64,000 nt of DNA, taken from assembly GCA_964016885.1 (NCBI GenBank), contig OZ024752.1:25854001-25918000 (forward strand), given 5' to 3'. Source of the DNA: Eledone cirrhosa (Eukaryota). Under the pieces are notes generated by a model. It was not told the DNA's origin. It saw nothing but the letters and a program-made list of their open reading frames with translations, and did no database searches. Position 1 is the stretch's first letter. Each line of letters starts with the position of its first letter. Positions 19,701-37,900 of this stretch are shown here, piece after piece. A program made the position numbers and the translations under genes.

Positions 19701-22332
19701 AGAACAACACCATAGCTAATAACACTACCTACGACAACTATAACAACACCAGAATCAAAACCATAGCTAATAACACTACCAACGACAACTATAACACCAC
19801 CACCATCAACACCATGGCTAATAACACTACCAACGACAACTATAACAACACCACAATCAACACCATAGCTAATAACACTACCTACGACAACTATAACAAC
19901 AACAACATAGCTAATAACAATACCAACGACAACTATAACGACACCACCATCAACACCATGGCTAATAACACTACCTACGACAACTATAACAGCACCACCA
20001 TCAACACCATGGCTAATAACACTACCTACGACAACTATAACAACACCACCATCAACACCATAGCTAATAACACTACCTACGTCAACTATAACAACACCAG
20101 AATCAAGACCATAGCTAATAACACTACCAACGACAATTATAACACCACCACCATCAACACCATAGCCAATAACACTACCTACGACAACTATAACACCACC
20201 ACCATCAACACCATAGCTAATAACACTACCTACGACAACTATAACACCACCACCATCAACACCATAGATAATAACACTACCAACAACAACTATAACAACA
20301 CCACCATCAACACCATAGCTAATAACACTACCTACGACAACTATAACACCACCACCATCAACACCATATCTAATAACACTACCTACGACAACTATAACAT
20401 CAACACCATCAACACCATAGCTAATAACACTACCTACGACAACTATAACACCACCACCATCAACACCATAGCTAATAACACTACCAACGACAACAAGAGC
20501 AACACCACCATCAACACCATAGCTTATAGCACTACCAACGACAACTATAACACCACCACCATCAACACCATAGCTAATAACACTACCTACGACAACTATA
20601 ACACCACCACCATCAACACCATAGATAATAACACTACCAACAACAACTATAACATCACCACCATCAACACCATAGCTAATAACACTATCTACGACAACTA
20701 TAACACCACCACCATCAACACCATAGCTAATAACACTACCTACGACAACTATAACATCACCACCATCAACACCATAGCTAATAACACTACCTACGACAAC
20801 TATAACACCACCACCATCAACACCATAGCTAATAACACAACCAACGACAACTATAACACCACCACCATCAACATCATAGCTAATAACACTACCAACGACA
20901 ACTATAACACCACCACCATCAACACCATAGCTAATAACACAACCAACGACAACTATAACAACACCAACATCAACACCATAGCTAATAACACTACCTACGA
21001 CAACTATAACACCACCACCATCAACACCATAACTAATAACACTACCCACGACAACTATAACAACAACACCATAGCTAGTAACACTACCTACGACAACTAT
21101 AACACCACCACCATCAACACCATAGCTAATAACACTACCAACGACAACTAGAACAACACCCCCATCAACACCATAGCTTATAACACTACCAACGACAACT
21201 ATAACACCACCACCATCAACACCATAGCTAATAACACTACCTACGACAACTATAATAACACCACCATCAGCACCATAGCTAATAACACTACCTACGACAA
21301 ATATAACAACACCACCATCAACACCATAGCTAATAACACTACCTACGACAACTATAACTACACCACCATCAACATCATAGCTAATAACACTACCTACGAC
21401 AACTATAACACCACCACCATCAACACCATAGCTAATAACACTACCAACAACAACTATAATAACACCACCATCAACACCATAACTAATAACACTACCCACG
21501 ACAACTATAACAACAACACCATAGCTAGTAACACTACCAACGACAACTATAACACCACCACCCTCAACACCATAGCTAGTAACACTACCAACGACAACTA
21601 TAACACCACCACCAACAACACCATAGCTAATAACACTACCTACGACAACTATAACACCACCAACATCAACACCATAGCTTATAAAACTACCTACGACAAG
21701 TATAACACCACCACCATCAACATCATAGCTAATAACACTACCAACGACAACTATAACACCACCACCATCAACATCATAGTTAATAACACTACCAACGACA
21801 ACTATAACACCACCACCATCAACACCATAGCTAATAACACTACCAACGACAACTATAACAACACCAACATCAACACCATAGCTAATAACACTACCAACGA
21901 CAACTATAACACCACCACCATCAACACCATAGATAATAACACTACCAACGACAATTATAACACCACCACCATCAACATCATAGCTAATAACACTACCAAC
22001 GACAACTATAACACCACCACCATCAACACCATAGCTAATAACACTACCAACGACAACTATAACAATACCAACATCAACACCATAGTTAATAACACTACCT
22101 ACGACAACTATAACACCACCACCATCAACACCATAGCTAATAACACTACCTACGACAACTATAACACCACCACCATCAACACCATAGCTAATAACACTAC
22201 CTACGACAACTATAACAACACCAACATCAACACCATAGCTTATAACACTACCTACGACAACTATAACACCACCATCATCAACACCATAGCTAATAACACT
22301 ACCAACGACAACTATAACAACACCAACCTCAA
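16795..22332 (+). repeat. Higher-order tandem duplication, period 2,769 bp (55 monomers: 51x51 bp + 4x42 bp), 2 copies
   Basis: Rare variants recur at exactly +2769: CACCACGACT 16882/19651, CCCTCAAC 18792/21561 and CACCAACCTC 19552/22321. The near-identical 445-aa ORFs start at 17045/19814. The four short monomers in copy 1 account for the arithmetic (55x51-36). Confidence 0.92.
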
Positions 22333-22799
22333 CACCATAGCTAATAACACTACCTACGACAACTATAACACCACCACCATCAACACCATAGCTAATAACA
22401 CTACCTCCGACAAGTATAACACCACCACCATCAACATCATAGCTAATAACACAACCAACGACAACTATAACACCACCACCATCAACATCATAGCTAATAA
22501 CACTACCAACGACAACTATAACACCATCACCATCAACACCATAGATAATAACACTACCAATGACAACTATAACACCACCACCATCAACATCATAGCTAAT
22601 AACACTACCAACGACAACTATAACACCACCACCATCAACACCATAGCTAATAACACAACCAACGACAACTATAACAACACCAACATCAACATCATAGCTA
22701 ATAACACTACCTACGACGACTATAACACCACCACCATCAACACCATAGCTAATAACACTACCTACGACAACTATAACACCACCACCATCAACACCATAG

Positions 22800-25700
22800 C
22801 TAATAACACTACCTACGACAATTATAACAACAACACTATAGTTAATAACACTACCTACGACAACTATAACACCACCACCATCAACACCATGGCTAATAAC
22901 ACTACCTACGACAACTATAACAACACCACCATCAACACCATAGCTAATAACACTACCTACGACAACTATAACAACACCAGAATCAACACCATAGCTAATA
23001 ACACTACCAACGACAACTATAACACCACCACCATCAACACCATAGCCAATAACACTACCTACGACAACTATAATACCACCACCATCAACACCATAGCTAA
23101 TAACACTACCTACGACAACTATAACACCACCACCATCAACACCATAGATAATAACACTACCAACAACAACTATAACAACACCACCATCAACACCATAGCT
23201 TATAACACTGCCAACGACAACTATAACATCACCACCATCAACACCATAGCTAATAACACTACCTACGACAACTATAACACCACCACCATCAACACCATAT
23301 CTAATAACACTACCTACGACAACTATAACATCAACACCATCAACACCATAGCTAATAACACTACCTACGACAACTATAACACCACCACCATCAACACCAT
23401 AGCTAATAACACTACCAACGACAACTAGAGCAACACCACCATCAACACCATAGCTTATAGCACTACCAACGACAACTATAACACCACCACCATCAACACC
23501 ATAGCTAATAACACTAACTACGACAACTATAACACCACCACCATCAACATCATAGCTAATAACACTACCAACGACAACTATAACACCACCACCATCAACA
23601 TCATAGCTAATAACACTACCAACGACAACTATAACACCACCACCATCAACACCATAGATGATAACACTACCAACGACAATTATAACACCACCACCATCAA
23701 CACCATAGCTAATAACACTACCAACAACAACTATAACAACACAACCATCAACCCCATAGCTTATAACACTATCTACGACAACTATAACACCACCACCATC
23801 AACACCATAACTAATAACACTACCTACGACAACTATAACATCACCACCATCAACACCATAGCTAATAACACTACCTACGACAAATATAACACCACCACCA
23901 TCAACACCATAGCTAATAACACAACCAACGACAACTATAACACCACCACCATCAACATCATAGCTAATAACACTACCAACGACAACTATAACACCACCAC
24001 CATCAACACCATAGATAATAACACTACCAACGACAACTATAACACCACCACCATCAACATCATAGCTAATAACACTACCAACGACAACTATAACACCACC
24101 ACCATCAACACCATAGCTAATAACACAACCAACGACAACTATAACAACACCAACATCAACACCATAGCTAATAACACTACCTACGACAACTATAACACCA
24201 CCACCATCAACACCATAACTAATAACACTACCCACGACAACTATAACAACAACACCATAGCTAGTAACACTACCTACGACAAGTATAACACCACCACCAT
24301 CAACACCATAGCTATTAACACTACCAACGACAACTAGAACAACACCCCCATCAACACCATAGCTTATAACACTACCAACGACAACTATAACACCACCACC
24401 ATCAACACCATAGCTAATAACACTATCTACGACAACTATAACACCACCACCATCAACATCATAGCTAATAACACAACCAACGACAACTATAACACCACCA
24501 CCATCACCATCATAGATAATAACACTACCAACGACAACTATAACATAACCACCATCAACATCATAGCTAATAACACTACCAACGACAACTATAACACCAC
24601 CACCATCAACACCATAGCTAATAACACAACCAACGACAACTATAACAACACCAATATCATCACCATAGCTAATAACACTACCTACGACAACTATAACACC
24701 ACCACCATTAACACCATAGCTAATAACACTACCTACGATAACTGTAACAACACCACCATCAACACCATAGCTAATAACACTACCAACGACAACTATAACA
24801 ACACCACCATCAACACCATAGCTAATAACACTACCTACGACAACTATAACAACAACACTATAGCTAATAACACTACCTACGACAACTATAACACCACCAC
24901 CATCAACACCATAGCTAATAACACTACCAACAACAACTATAACAACACCACCATCAACACCATATCTTATAACACTGCCAACGACAACTATAACATCACC
25001 ACCATCAAGACCATAGCTAATAACACTACCTACGATAACTATAACACCACCACCATCAACATCATAGCTAATAACACTACCAACGACAACTATAACACCA
25101 CCACCATCAACACCATAGCTAATAACACTACCTACGACAAATATAACACCACCACCATCAATACCATAGCTAATAACACTACCAACGACAACTAGAACAA
25201 CACCACCATCAACATCATAGCTAATAACACTACCAACGACAAATGTAACACCACCACCATCAACATCGTAGCTAATAACACAACCAACGACAACTGTAAC
25301 ACCACCAACACCAACACCATAGATAATAACACTACCAACGACAACTATAACAACACCACCATCAACACCATAGCTTATAACACTACCAACGACAACTATA
25401 ACAACACCACCATCAACACCAGAGCTAATAACACTACCTACGACAACTATAACTACACCACCATCAACATCATAGCTAATAACACTACCTACGACAACTA
25501 TAACACCACCACCATCAACACCATAGCTAATAACACTACCAACGACAACTATTATAACACCACCATCAACACCATAACTAATAACACTACCCACGAGAAC
25601 TATAACAACAACACCATAGTTAGTAACACTACCTACGACAACTATAACACCACCACCATCAACACCATAGCTAATAACACTACCAACGACAACTAGAACA

Positions 25701-28700
25701 ACACCACCATCAACACCATAGCTTATAACACTACCAACGACAACTATAACACCACCACCATCAACACCATAGCTAATAACACTACCTACGACAACTATAA
25801 CACCACCACCATCAACACCATAGCTAATAACACTACCTACGACAACTATAACACCACCACCATCAACACCATAGCTAATAACACTACCTACGACAACTAT
25901 AACACCACCACCATCAACACCATAGCTAATAACACTACCTACGACAACTATAACAACACCAACATCAACACCATAGCTTATAACACTACCTACGACAACT
26001 ATAACACCACCACCATCAACACCATAACTAATAACACTACCCACGACAACTATAACAACAACACCATAGCTAGTAACACTACCTACGACAAGTATAACAC
26101 CACCACCATCAACACCATAGCTATTAACACTACCAACGACAACTAGAACAACACCCCCATCAACACCATAGCTTATAACACTACCAACGACAACTATAAC
26201 ACCACCACCATCAACACCATAGCTAATAACACTATCTACGACAACTATAACACCACCACCATCAACATCATAGCTAATAACACAACCAACGACAACTATA
26301 ACACCACCACCATCAACATCATAGATAATAACACTACCAACGACAACTATAACATAACCACCATCAACATCATAGCTATTAACATTACCAACGACAACTA
26401 TAACACCACCACCATCAACACCATAGCTAATAACACAACCAACGACAAATATAACAACACCAATATCATCACCATAGCTAATAACACTACCTACGACAAC
26501 TATAACACCACCACCATCAACACCATAGCTAATAACACTACCTACGATAACTGTAACAACACCACCATCAACACCATAGCTAATAACACTACCAACGACA
26601 ACTATAACAACACCACCATCAACACCATAGCTAATAACACTACCTACGACAACTATAACAACAACACTATAGCTAATAACACTACCTACGACAACTATAA
26701 CACCACCACCATCAACACCATAGCTAATAACACTACCAACAACAACTATAACAACACCACCATCAACACCATATCTTATAACACTGCCAACGACAACTAT
26801 AACATCACCACCATCAAGACCATAGCTAATAACACTACCTACGATAACTATAACACCACCACCATCAACATCATAGCTAATAACACTACCAACGACAACT
26901 ATAACACCACCACCATCAACACCATAGCTAATAACACTACCTACGACAAATATAACACCACCACCATCAATACCATAGCTAATAACACTACCAACGACAA
27001 CTAGAACAACACCACCATCAACATCATAGCTAATAACACTACCAACGACAAATATAACACCACCACCATCAACATCGTAGCTAATAACACAACCAACGAC
27101 AACTGTAACACCACCAACATCAACACCATAGATAATAACACTACCAACGACAACTATAACAACACCACCATCAACACCATAGCTTATAACACTACCAACG
27201 ACAACTATAACAACACCACCATCAACACCAGAGCTAATAACACTACCTACGACAACTATAACTACACCACCATCAACATCATAGCTAATAACACTACCTA
27301 CGACAACTATAACACCACCACCATCAACACCATAGCTAATAACACTACCAACGACAACTATTATAACACCACCATCAACACCATAACTAATAACACTACC
27401 CACGAGAACTATAACAACAACACCATAGTTAGTAACACTACCTACGACAACTATAACACCACCACCATCAACACCATAGCTAATAACACTACCAACGACA
27501 ACTAGAACAACACCACCATCAACACCATAGCTTATAACACTACCAACGACAACTATAACACCACCACCATCAACACCATAGCTAATAACACTACCTACGA
27601 CAACTATAACACCACCACCATCAACACCATAGCTAATAACACTACCTACGACAACTATAACACCACCACCATCAACACCATAGCTAATAACACTACCTAC
27701 GACAACTATAACACCACCACCATCAACACCATAGCTAATAACACTACCTACGACAACTATAACAACACCAACATCAACACCATAGCTTATAACACTACCT
27801 ACGACAACTATAACACCACCATCATCAACACCATAGCTAATAACACTACCAACGACAACTATAACACCACCACCATCAACATTATAGCTAATAACACTAC
27901 CAATGACAACTAGAACAACACCACCATCAACACCATAGCTTATAACACTACCAACGACAACTATAACACCACCACCATCAACACCATAGCTAATAACACT
28001 ACCTACTACAACTATAACACCACAACCATCAACATCATAGCTAATAACACAACCAACGACAACTATAACACCACCACCATCAACATCATAGCTAATAACA
28101 CTACCAACGACAACTATAACACCACCACCATCAACACCATAGATAATAACACTACCAACGACAACTATAACACCACCACCATCAACATCATAGCTAATAA
28201 CACTACCAACGACAACTATAACACCACCACCATCAACACCATAGATAATAACACTACCAACGACAATTATAACACCACCACCATCAACAACATAGCTAAT
28301 AACACTACCAACAACAACTATAACAACACAACCATCAACCCCATAGCTTATAACACTATCTACGACAACTATAACACCACCACCATCAACACCATAACTA
28401 ATAACACTACCTACGACAACTATAACACCACCACCATCAACACCATAGCTAATAACACAACCAACGACAACTATAACACCACCACCATCAACATCATAGC
28501 TAATAACACTACCAACGACAACTATAACACCACAACCATCAACACCATAGATAATAACACTACCAACGACAACTATAACACCACCACCATCAACATCATA
28601 GCTAATAACACTACCAACGACAACTATAACACCACCACCATCAACACCATAGCTAATAACACAACCAACGACAACTATAACAACACCAACATCAACACCA

Positions 28701-31700
28701 TAGCTAATAACACTACCTACGACAACTATAACACCACCACCATCAACACCATAACTAATAACACTACCCACGACAACTATAACAACAACACCATAGCTAG
28801 TAACACTACCTACAACAAGTATAACACCACCACCATCAACACCATAGCTATTAACACTACCAACGACAACTAGAACAACACCCCCATCAACACCATAGCT
28901 TATAACACTACCAACGACAACTATAACACCACCACCATCAACACCATAGCTAATAACACTATCTACGACAACTATAACACCACCACCATCAACATCATAG
29001 CTAATAACACAACCAACGACAACTATAACACCACCACCATCAACATCATAGATAATAACACTACCAACGACAACTATAACATAACCACCATCAACATCAT
29101 AGCTAATAACACTACCAACGACAACTATAACACCACCACCATCAACACCATAGCTAATAACACAACCAACGACAACTATAACAACACCAATATCATCACC
29201 ATAGCTAATAACACTACCTACGACAAATATAACACCACCACCATCAACACCATAGCTAATAACACTACCTACGATAACTGTAACAACACCACCATCAACA
29301 CCATAGCTAATAACACTACCAACGACAACTATAACAACACCACCATCAACACCATAGCTAATAACACTACCTACGACAATTATAACAACAACACTATAGT
29401 TAATAACACTACCTACGACAACTATAACACCACCACCATCAACACCATGGCTAATAACACTACCTACGACAACTATAACAACACCACCATCAACACCATA
29501 GCTAATAACACTACCTACGACAACTATAACAACACCAGAATCAACACCATAGCTAATAACACTACCAACGACAACTATAACACCACCACCATCAACACCA
29601 TAGCCAATAACACTACCTACGACAACTATAATACCACCACCATCAACACCATAGCTAATAACACTACCTACGACAACTATAACACCACCACCATCAACAC
29701 CATAGATAATAACACTACCAACAACAACTATAACAACACCACCATCAACACCATAGCTTATAACACTGCCAACGACAACTATAACATCACCACCATCAAC
29801 ACCATAGCTAATAACACTACCTACGACAACTATAACACCACCACCATCAACACCATATCTAATAACACTACCTACGACAACTATAACATCAACACCATCA
29901 ACACCATAGCTAATAACACTACCTACGACAACTATAACACCACCACCATCAACACCATAGCTAATAACACTACCAACGACAACTAGAGCAACACCACCAT
30001 CAACACCATAGCTTATAGCACTACCAACGACAACTATAACACCACCACCATCAACACCATAGCTAATAACACTAACTACGACAACTATAACACCACCACC
30101 ATCAACATCATAGCTAATAACACTACCAACGACAACTATAACACCACCACCATCAACATCATAGCTAATAACACTACCAACGACAACTATAACACCACCA
30201 CCATCAACACCATAGATAATAACACTACCAACGACAATTATAACACCACCACCATCAACACCATAGCTAATAACACTACCAACAACAACTATAACAACAC
30301 AACCATCAACCCCATAGCTTATAACACTATCTACGACAACTATAACACCACCACCATCAACACCATAACTAATAACACTACCTACGACAACTATAACACC
30401 ACCACCATCAACACCATAGCTAATAACACTACCTACGATAACTGTAACAACACCACCATCAACACCATAGCTAATAACACTACCAACGACAACTATAACA
30501 ATACCACCATCAACACCATAGCTAATAACACTACCTACGACAACTATAACAACAACACTATAGCTAATAACACTACCTACGACAACTATAACACCACCAC
30601 CATCAACACCATAGCTAATAACACTACCAACAACAACTATAACAACACCACCATCAACACCATATCTTATAACACTGCCAACGACAACTATAACATCACC
30701 ACCATCAAGACCATAGCTAATAACACTACCTACGATAACTATAACACCACCACCATCAACATCATAGCTAATAACACTACCAACGACAACTATAACACCA
30801 CCACCATCAACACCATAGCTAATAACACTACCTACGACAAATATAACACCACCACCATCAATACCATAGCTAATAACACTACCAACGACAACTAGAACAA
30901 CACCACCATCAACATCATAGCTAATAACACTACCAACGACAAATATAACACCACCACCATCAACATCGTAGCTAATAACACAACCAACGACAACTGTAAC
31001 ACCACCAACATCAACACCATAGATAATAACACTACCAACGACAACTATAACAACACCACCATCAACACCATAGCTTATAACACTACCAACGACAACTATA
31101 ACAACACCAATATCATCACCATAGCTAATAACACTACCTACGACAAATATAACACCACCACCATCAACACCATAGCTAATAACACTACCTACGATAACTG
31201 TAACAACACCACCATCAACACCATAGCTAATAACACTACCAACGACAACTATAACAACACCACCATCAACACCATAGCTAATAACACTACCTACGACAAT
31301 TATAACAACAACACTATAGTTAATAACACTACCTACGACAACTATAACACCACCACCATCAACACCATGGCTAATAACACTACCTACGACAACTATAACA
31401 ACACCACCATCAACACCATAGCTAATAACACTACCTACGACAACTATAACAACACCAGAATCAACACCATAGCTAATAACACTACCAACGACAACTATAA
31501 CACCACCACCATCAACACCATAGCCAATAACACTACCTACGACAACTATAATACCACCACCATCAACACCATAGCTAATAACACTACCTACGACAACTAT
31601 AACACCACCACCATCAACACCATAGATAATAACACTACCAACAACAACTATAACAACACCACCATCAACACCATAGCTTATAACACTGCCAACGACAACT

Positions 31701-34700
31701 ATAACATCACCACCATCAACACCATAGCTAATAACACTACCTACGACAACTATAACACCACCACCATCAACACCATATCTAATAACACTACCTACGACAA
31801 CTATAACATCAACACCATCAACACCATAGCTAATAACACTACCTACGACAACTATAACACCACCACCATCAACACCATAGCTAATAACACTACCAACGAC
31901 AACTAGAGCAACACCACCATCAACACCATAGCTTATAGCACTACCAACGACAACTATAACACCACCACCATCAACACCATAGCTAATAACACTAACTACG
32001 ACAACTATAACACCACCACCATCAACATCATAGCTAATAACACTACCAACGACAACTATAACACCACCACCATCAACATCATAGCTAATAACACTACCAA
32101 CGACAACTATAACACCACCACCATCAACACCATAGATAATAACACTACCAACGACAATTATAACACCACCACCATCAACACCATAGCTAATAACACTACC
32201 AACAACAACTATAACAACACAACCATCAACCCCATAGCTTATAACACTATCTACGACAACTATAACACCACCACCATCAACACCATAACTAATAACACTA
32301 CCTACGACAACTATAACATCACCACCATCAACACCATAGCTAATAACACTACCTACGACAAATATAACACCACCACCATCAACACCATAGCTAATAACAC
32401 AACCAACGACAACTATAACACCACCACCATCAACATCATATCTAATAACACTACCAACGACAACTATAACACCACCACCATCAACACCATAGATAATAAC
32501 ACTACCAACGACAACTATAACACCACCACCATCAACATCATAGCTAATAACACTACCAACGACAACTATAACACCACCACCATCAACACCATAGCTAATA
32601 ACACAACCAACGACAACTATAACAACACCAACATCAACACCATAGCTAATAACACTACCTACGACAACTATAACACCACCACCATCAACACCATAACTAA
32701 TAACACTACCCACGACAACTATAACAACAACACCATAGCTAGTAACACTACCTACGACAAGTATAACACCACCACCATCAACACCATAGCTATTAACACT
32801 ACCAACGACAACTAGAACAACACCCCCATCAACACCATAGCTTATAACACTACCAACGACAACTATAACACCACCACCATCAACACCATAGCTAATAACA
32901 CTATCTACGACAACTATAACACCACCACCATCAACATCATAGCTAATAACACAACCAACGACAACTATAACACCACCACCATCACCATCATAGATAATAA
33001 CACTACCAACGACAACTATAACATAACCACCATCAACATCATAGCTAATAACACTACCAACGACAACTATAACACCACCACCATCAACACCATAGCTAAT
33101 AACACAACCAACGACAACTATAACAACACCAATATCATCACCATAGCTAATAACACTACCTACGACAACTATAACACCACCACCATCAACACCATAGCTA
33201 ATAACACTACCTACGATAACTGTAACAACACCACCATCAACACCATAGCTAATAACACTACCAACGACAACTATAACAACACCACCATCAACACCATAGC
33301 TAATAACACTACCTACGACAACTATAACAACAACACTATAGCTAATAACACTACCTACGACAACTATAACACCACCACCATCAACACCATAGCTAATAAC
33401 ACTACCAACAACAACTATAACAACACCACCATCAACACCATATCTTATAACACTGCCAACGACAACTATAACATCACCACCATCAAGACCATAGCTAATA
33501 ACACTACCTACGATAACTATAACACCACCACCATCAACATCATAGCTAATAACACTACCAACGACAACTATAACACCACCACCATCAACACCATAGCTAA
33601 TAACACTACCTACGACAAATATAACACCACCACCATCAATACCATAGCTAATAACACTACCAACGACAACTAGAACAACACCACCATCAACATCATAGCT
33701 AATAACACTACCAACGACAAATATAACACCACCACCATCAACATCGTAGCTAATAACACAACCAACGACAACTGTAACACCACCAACACCAACACCATAG
33801 ATAATAACACTACCAACGACAACTATAACAACACCACCATCAACACCATAGCTTATAACACTACCAACGACAACTATAACAACACCACCATCAACACCAG
33901 AGCTAATAACACTACCTACGACAACTATAACTACACCACCATCAACATCATAGCTAATAACACTACCTACGACAACTATAACACCACCACCATCAACACC
34001 ATAGCTAATAACACTACCAACGACAACAATTATAACACCACCATCAACACCATAACTAATAACACTACCCACGAGAACTATAACAACAACACCATAGTTA
34101 GTAACACTACCTACGACAACTATAACACCACCACCATCAACACCATAGCTAATAACACTACCAACGACAACTAGAACAACACCACCATCAACACCATAGC
34201 TTATAACACTACCAACGACAACTATAACACCACCACCATCAACACCATAGCTAATAACACTACCTACGACAACTATAACACCACCACCATCAACACCATA
34301 GCTAATAACACTACCTACGACAACTATAACACCACCACCATCAACACCATAGCTAATAACACTACCTACGACAACTATAACACCACCACCATCAACACCA
34401 TAGCTAATAACACTACCTACGACAACTATAACAACACCAACATCAACACCATAGCTTATAACACTACCTACGACAACTATAACACCACTACCATCAACAC
34501 CATAACTAATAACACTACCCACGACAACTATAACAACAACACCATAGCTAGTAACACTACCTACGACAAGTATAACACCACCACCATCAACACCATAGCT
34601 ATTAACACTACCAACGACAACTAGAACAACACCCCCATCAACACCATAGCTTATAACACTACCAACGACAACTATAACACCACCACCATCAACACCATAG

Positions 34701-37700
34701 CTAATAACACTATCTACGACAACTATAACACCACCACCATCAACATCATAGCTAATAACACAACCAACGACAACTATAACACCACCACCATCAACATCAT
34801 AGATAATAACACTACCAACGACAACTATAACATAACCACCATCAACATCATAGCTATTAACATTACCAACGACAACTATAACACCACCACCATCAACACC
34901 ATAGCTAATAACACAACCAACGACAAATATAACAACACCAATATCATCACCATAGCTAATAACACTACCTACGACAACTATAACACCACCACCATCAACA
35001 CCATAGCTAATAACACTAACTACGATAACTGTAACAACACCACCATCAACACCATAGCTAATAACACTACCAACGACAACTATAACAACACCACCATCAA
35101 CACCATAGCTAATAACACTACCTACGACAACTATAACAACAACACTATAGCTAATAACACTACCTACGACAACTATAACACCACCACCATCAACACCATA
35201 GCTAATAACACTACCAACAACAACTATAACAACACCACCATCAACACCATATCTTATAACACTGCCAACGACAACTATAACATCACCACCATCAAGACCA
35301 TAGCTAATAACACTACCTACGATAACTATAACACCACCACCATCAACATCATAGCTAATAACACTACCAACGACAACTATAACACCACCACCATCAACAC
35401 CATAGCTAATAACACTACCTACGACAAATATAACACCACCACCATCAATACCATAGCTAATAACACTACCAACGACAACTAGAACAACACCACCATCAAC
35501 ATCATAGCTAATAACACTACCAACGACAAATATAACACCACCACCATCAACATCGTAGCTAATAACACAACCAACGACAACTGTAACACCACCAACATCA
35601 ACACCATAGATAATAACACTACCAACGACAACTATAACAACACCACCATCAACACCATAGCTTATAACACTACCAACGACAACTATAACAACACCACCAT
35701 CAACACCAGAGCTAATAACACTACCTACGACAACTATAACTACACCACCATCAACATCATAGCTAATAACACTACCTACGACAACTATAACACCACCACC
35801 ATCAACACCATAGCTAATAACACTACCAACGACAACTATTATAACACCACCATCAACACCATAACTAATAACACTACCCACGAGAACTATAACAACAACA
35901 CCATAGTTAGTAACACTAGCTACGACAACTATAACACCACCACCATCAACACCATAGCTAATAACACTACCAACGACAACTAGAACAACACCACCATCAA
36001 CACCATAGCTTATAACACTACCAACGACAACTATAACACCACCACCATCAACACCATAGCTAATAACACTACCTACGACAACTATAACACCACCACCATC
36101 AACACCATAGCTAATAACACTACCTACGACAACTATAACACCACCACCATCAACATCATAGCTAATAACACTACCTACGACAACTATAACACCACCACCA
36201 TCAACACCATAGCTAATAACACTACCTACGACAACTATAACAACACCAACATCAACACCATAGCTTATAACACTACCTACGACAACTATAACACCACCAT
36301 CATCAACACCATAGCTAATAACACTACCAACGACAACTATAACACCACCACCATCAACATTATAGCTAATAACACTACCAATGACAACTAGAACAACACC
36401 ACCATCAACACCATAGCTTATAACACTACCAACGACAACTATAACACCACCACCATCAACACCATAGCTAATAACACTACCTACTACAACTATAACACCA
36501 CAACCATCAACATCATAGCTAATAACACAACCAACGACAACTATAACACCACCACCATCAACATCATAGCTAATAACACTACCAACGACAACTATAACAC
36601 CACCACCATCAACACCATAGATAATAACACTACCAACGACAACTATAACACCACCACCATCAACATCATAGCTAATAACACTACCAACGACAACTATAAC
36701 ACCACCACCATCAACACCATAGATAATAACACTACCAACGACAATTATAACACCACCACCATCAACAACATAGCTAATAACACTACCAACAACAACTATA
36801 ACAACACAACCATCAACCCCATAGCTTATAACACTATCTACGACAACTATAACACCACCACCATCAACACCATAACTAATAACACTACCTACGACAACTA
36901 TAACATCACCACCATCAACACCATAGCTAATAACACTACCTACGACAACTATAACACCACGACCATCAACACCATAGCTAATAACACAACCAACGACAAC
37001 TATAACACCACCACCATCAACATCATAGCTAATAACACTACCAACGACAACTATAACACCACCACCATCAACACCATAGATAATAACACTACCAACGACA
37101 ACTATAACACCACCACCATCAACATCATAGCTAATAACACTACCAACGACAACTATAACACCACCACCATCAACACCATAGCTAATAACACAACCAACGA
37201 CAACTATAACAACACCAACATCAACACCATAGCTAATAACACTACCTACGACAACTATAACACCACCACCATCAACACCATAACTAATAACACTACCCAC
37301 GACAACTATAACAACATCACCATAGCTAGTAACACTACCTACAACAAGTATAACACCACCACCATCAACACCATAGCTATTAACACTACCAACGACAACT
37401 AGAACAACACCCCCATCAACACCATAGCTTATAACACTACCAACGACAACTATAACACCACCACCATCAACACCATAGCTAATAACACTATCTACGACAA
37501 CTATAACACCACCACCATCAACATCATAGCTAATAACACAACCAACGACAACTATAACACCACCACCATCAACATCATAGATAATAACACTACCAACGAC
37601 AACTATAACATAACCACCATCAACATCATAGCTAATAACACTACCAACGACAACTATAACACCACCACCATCAACACCATAGCTAATAACACAACCAACG

Positions 37701-37900
37701 ACAACTATAACAACACCAATATCATCACCATAGCTAATAACACTACCTACGACAAATATAACACCACCACCATCAACACCATAGCTAATAACACTACCTA
37801 CGATAACTGTAACAACACCACCATCAACACCATAGCTAATAACACTACCAACGACAACTATAACAACACCACCATCAACACCATAGCTAATAACACTACC
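22800..37900 (+). repeat. Large higher-order duplication, offset 8,478 bp (168 monomers incl. ten 42-bp units); about 22800-29370 matches about 31280-37900
   Basis: Markers at +8478: ORF starts 22889/31367, ATCACCATCATAGAT 24503/32981, TAGCTATTAACATT 26373/34851, CACGAGAAC 27401/35879 and ATCAACAACATAG 28283/36761. The offset becomes 8529 (+1 monomer) after about 28.4 kb (28802/37331, 29222/37751). Confidence 0.9.
24200..27810 (+). repeat. Higher-order tandem duplication, period 1,809 bp (36 monomers: 33x51 + 3x42), 2 copies; the pair recurs at about 32680-36290
   Basis: AAGTATAAC..GCTATTAAC at 24281/26090 and CACGAGAAC at 25592/27401 and 34070/35879 are all offset by 1809. Boundaries are approximate. 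Confidence 0.88.
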
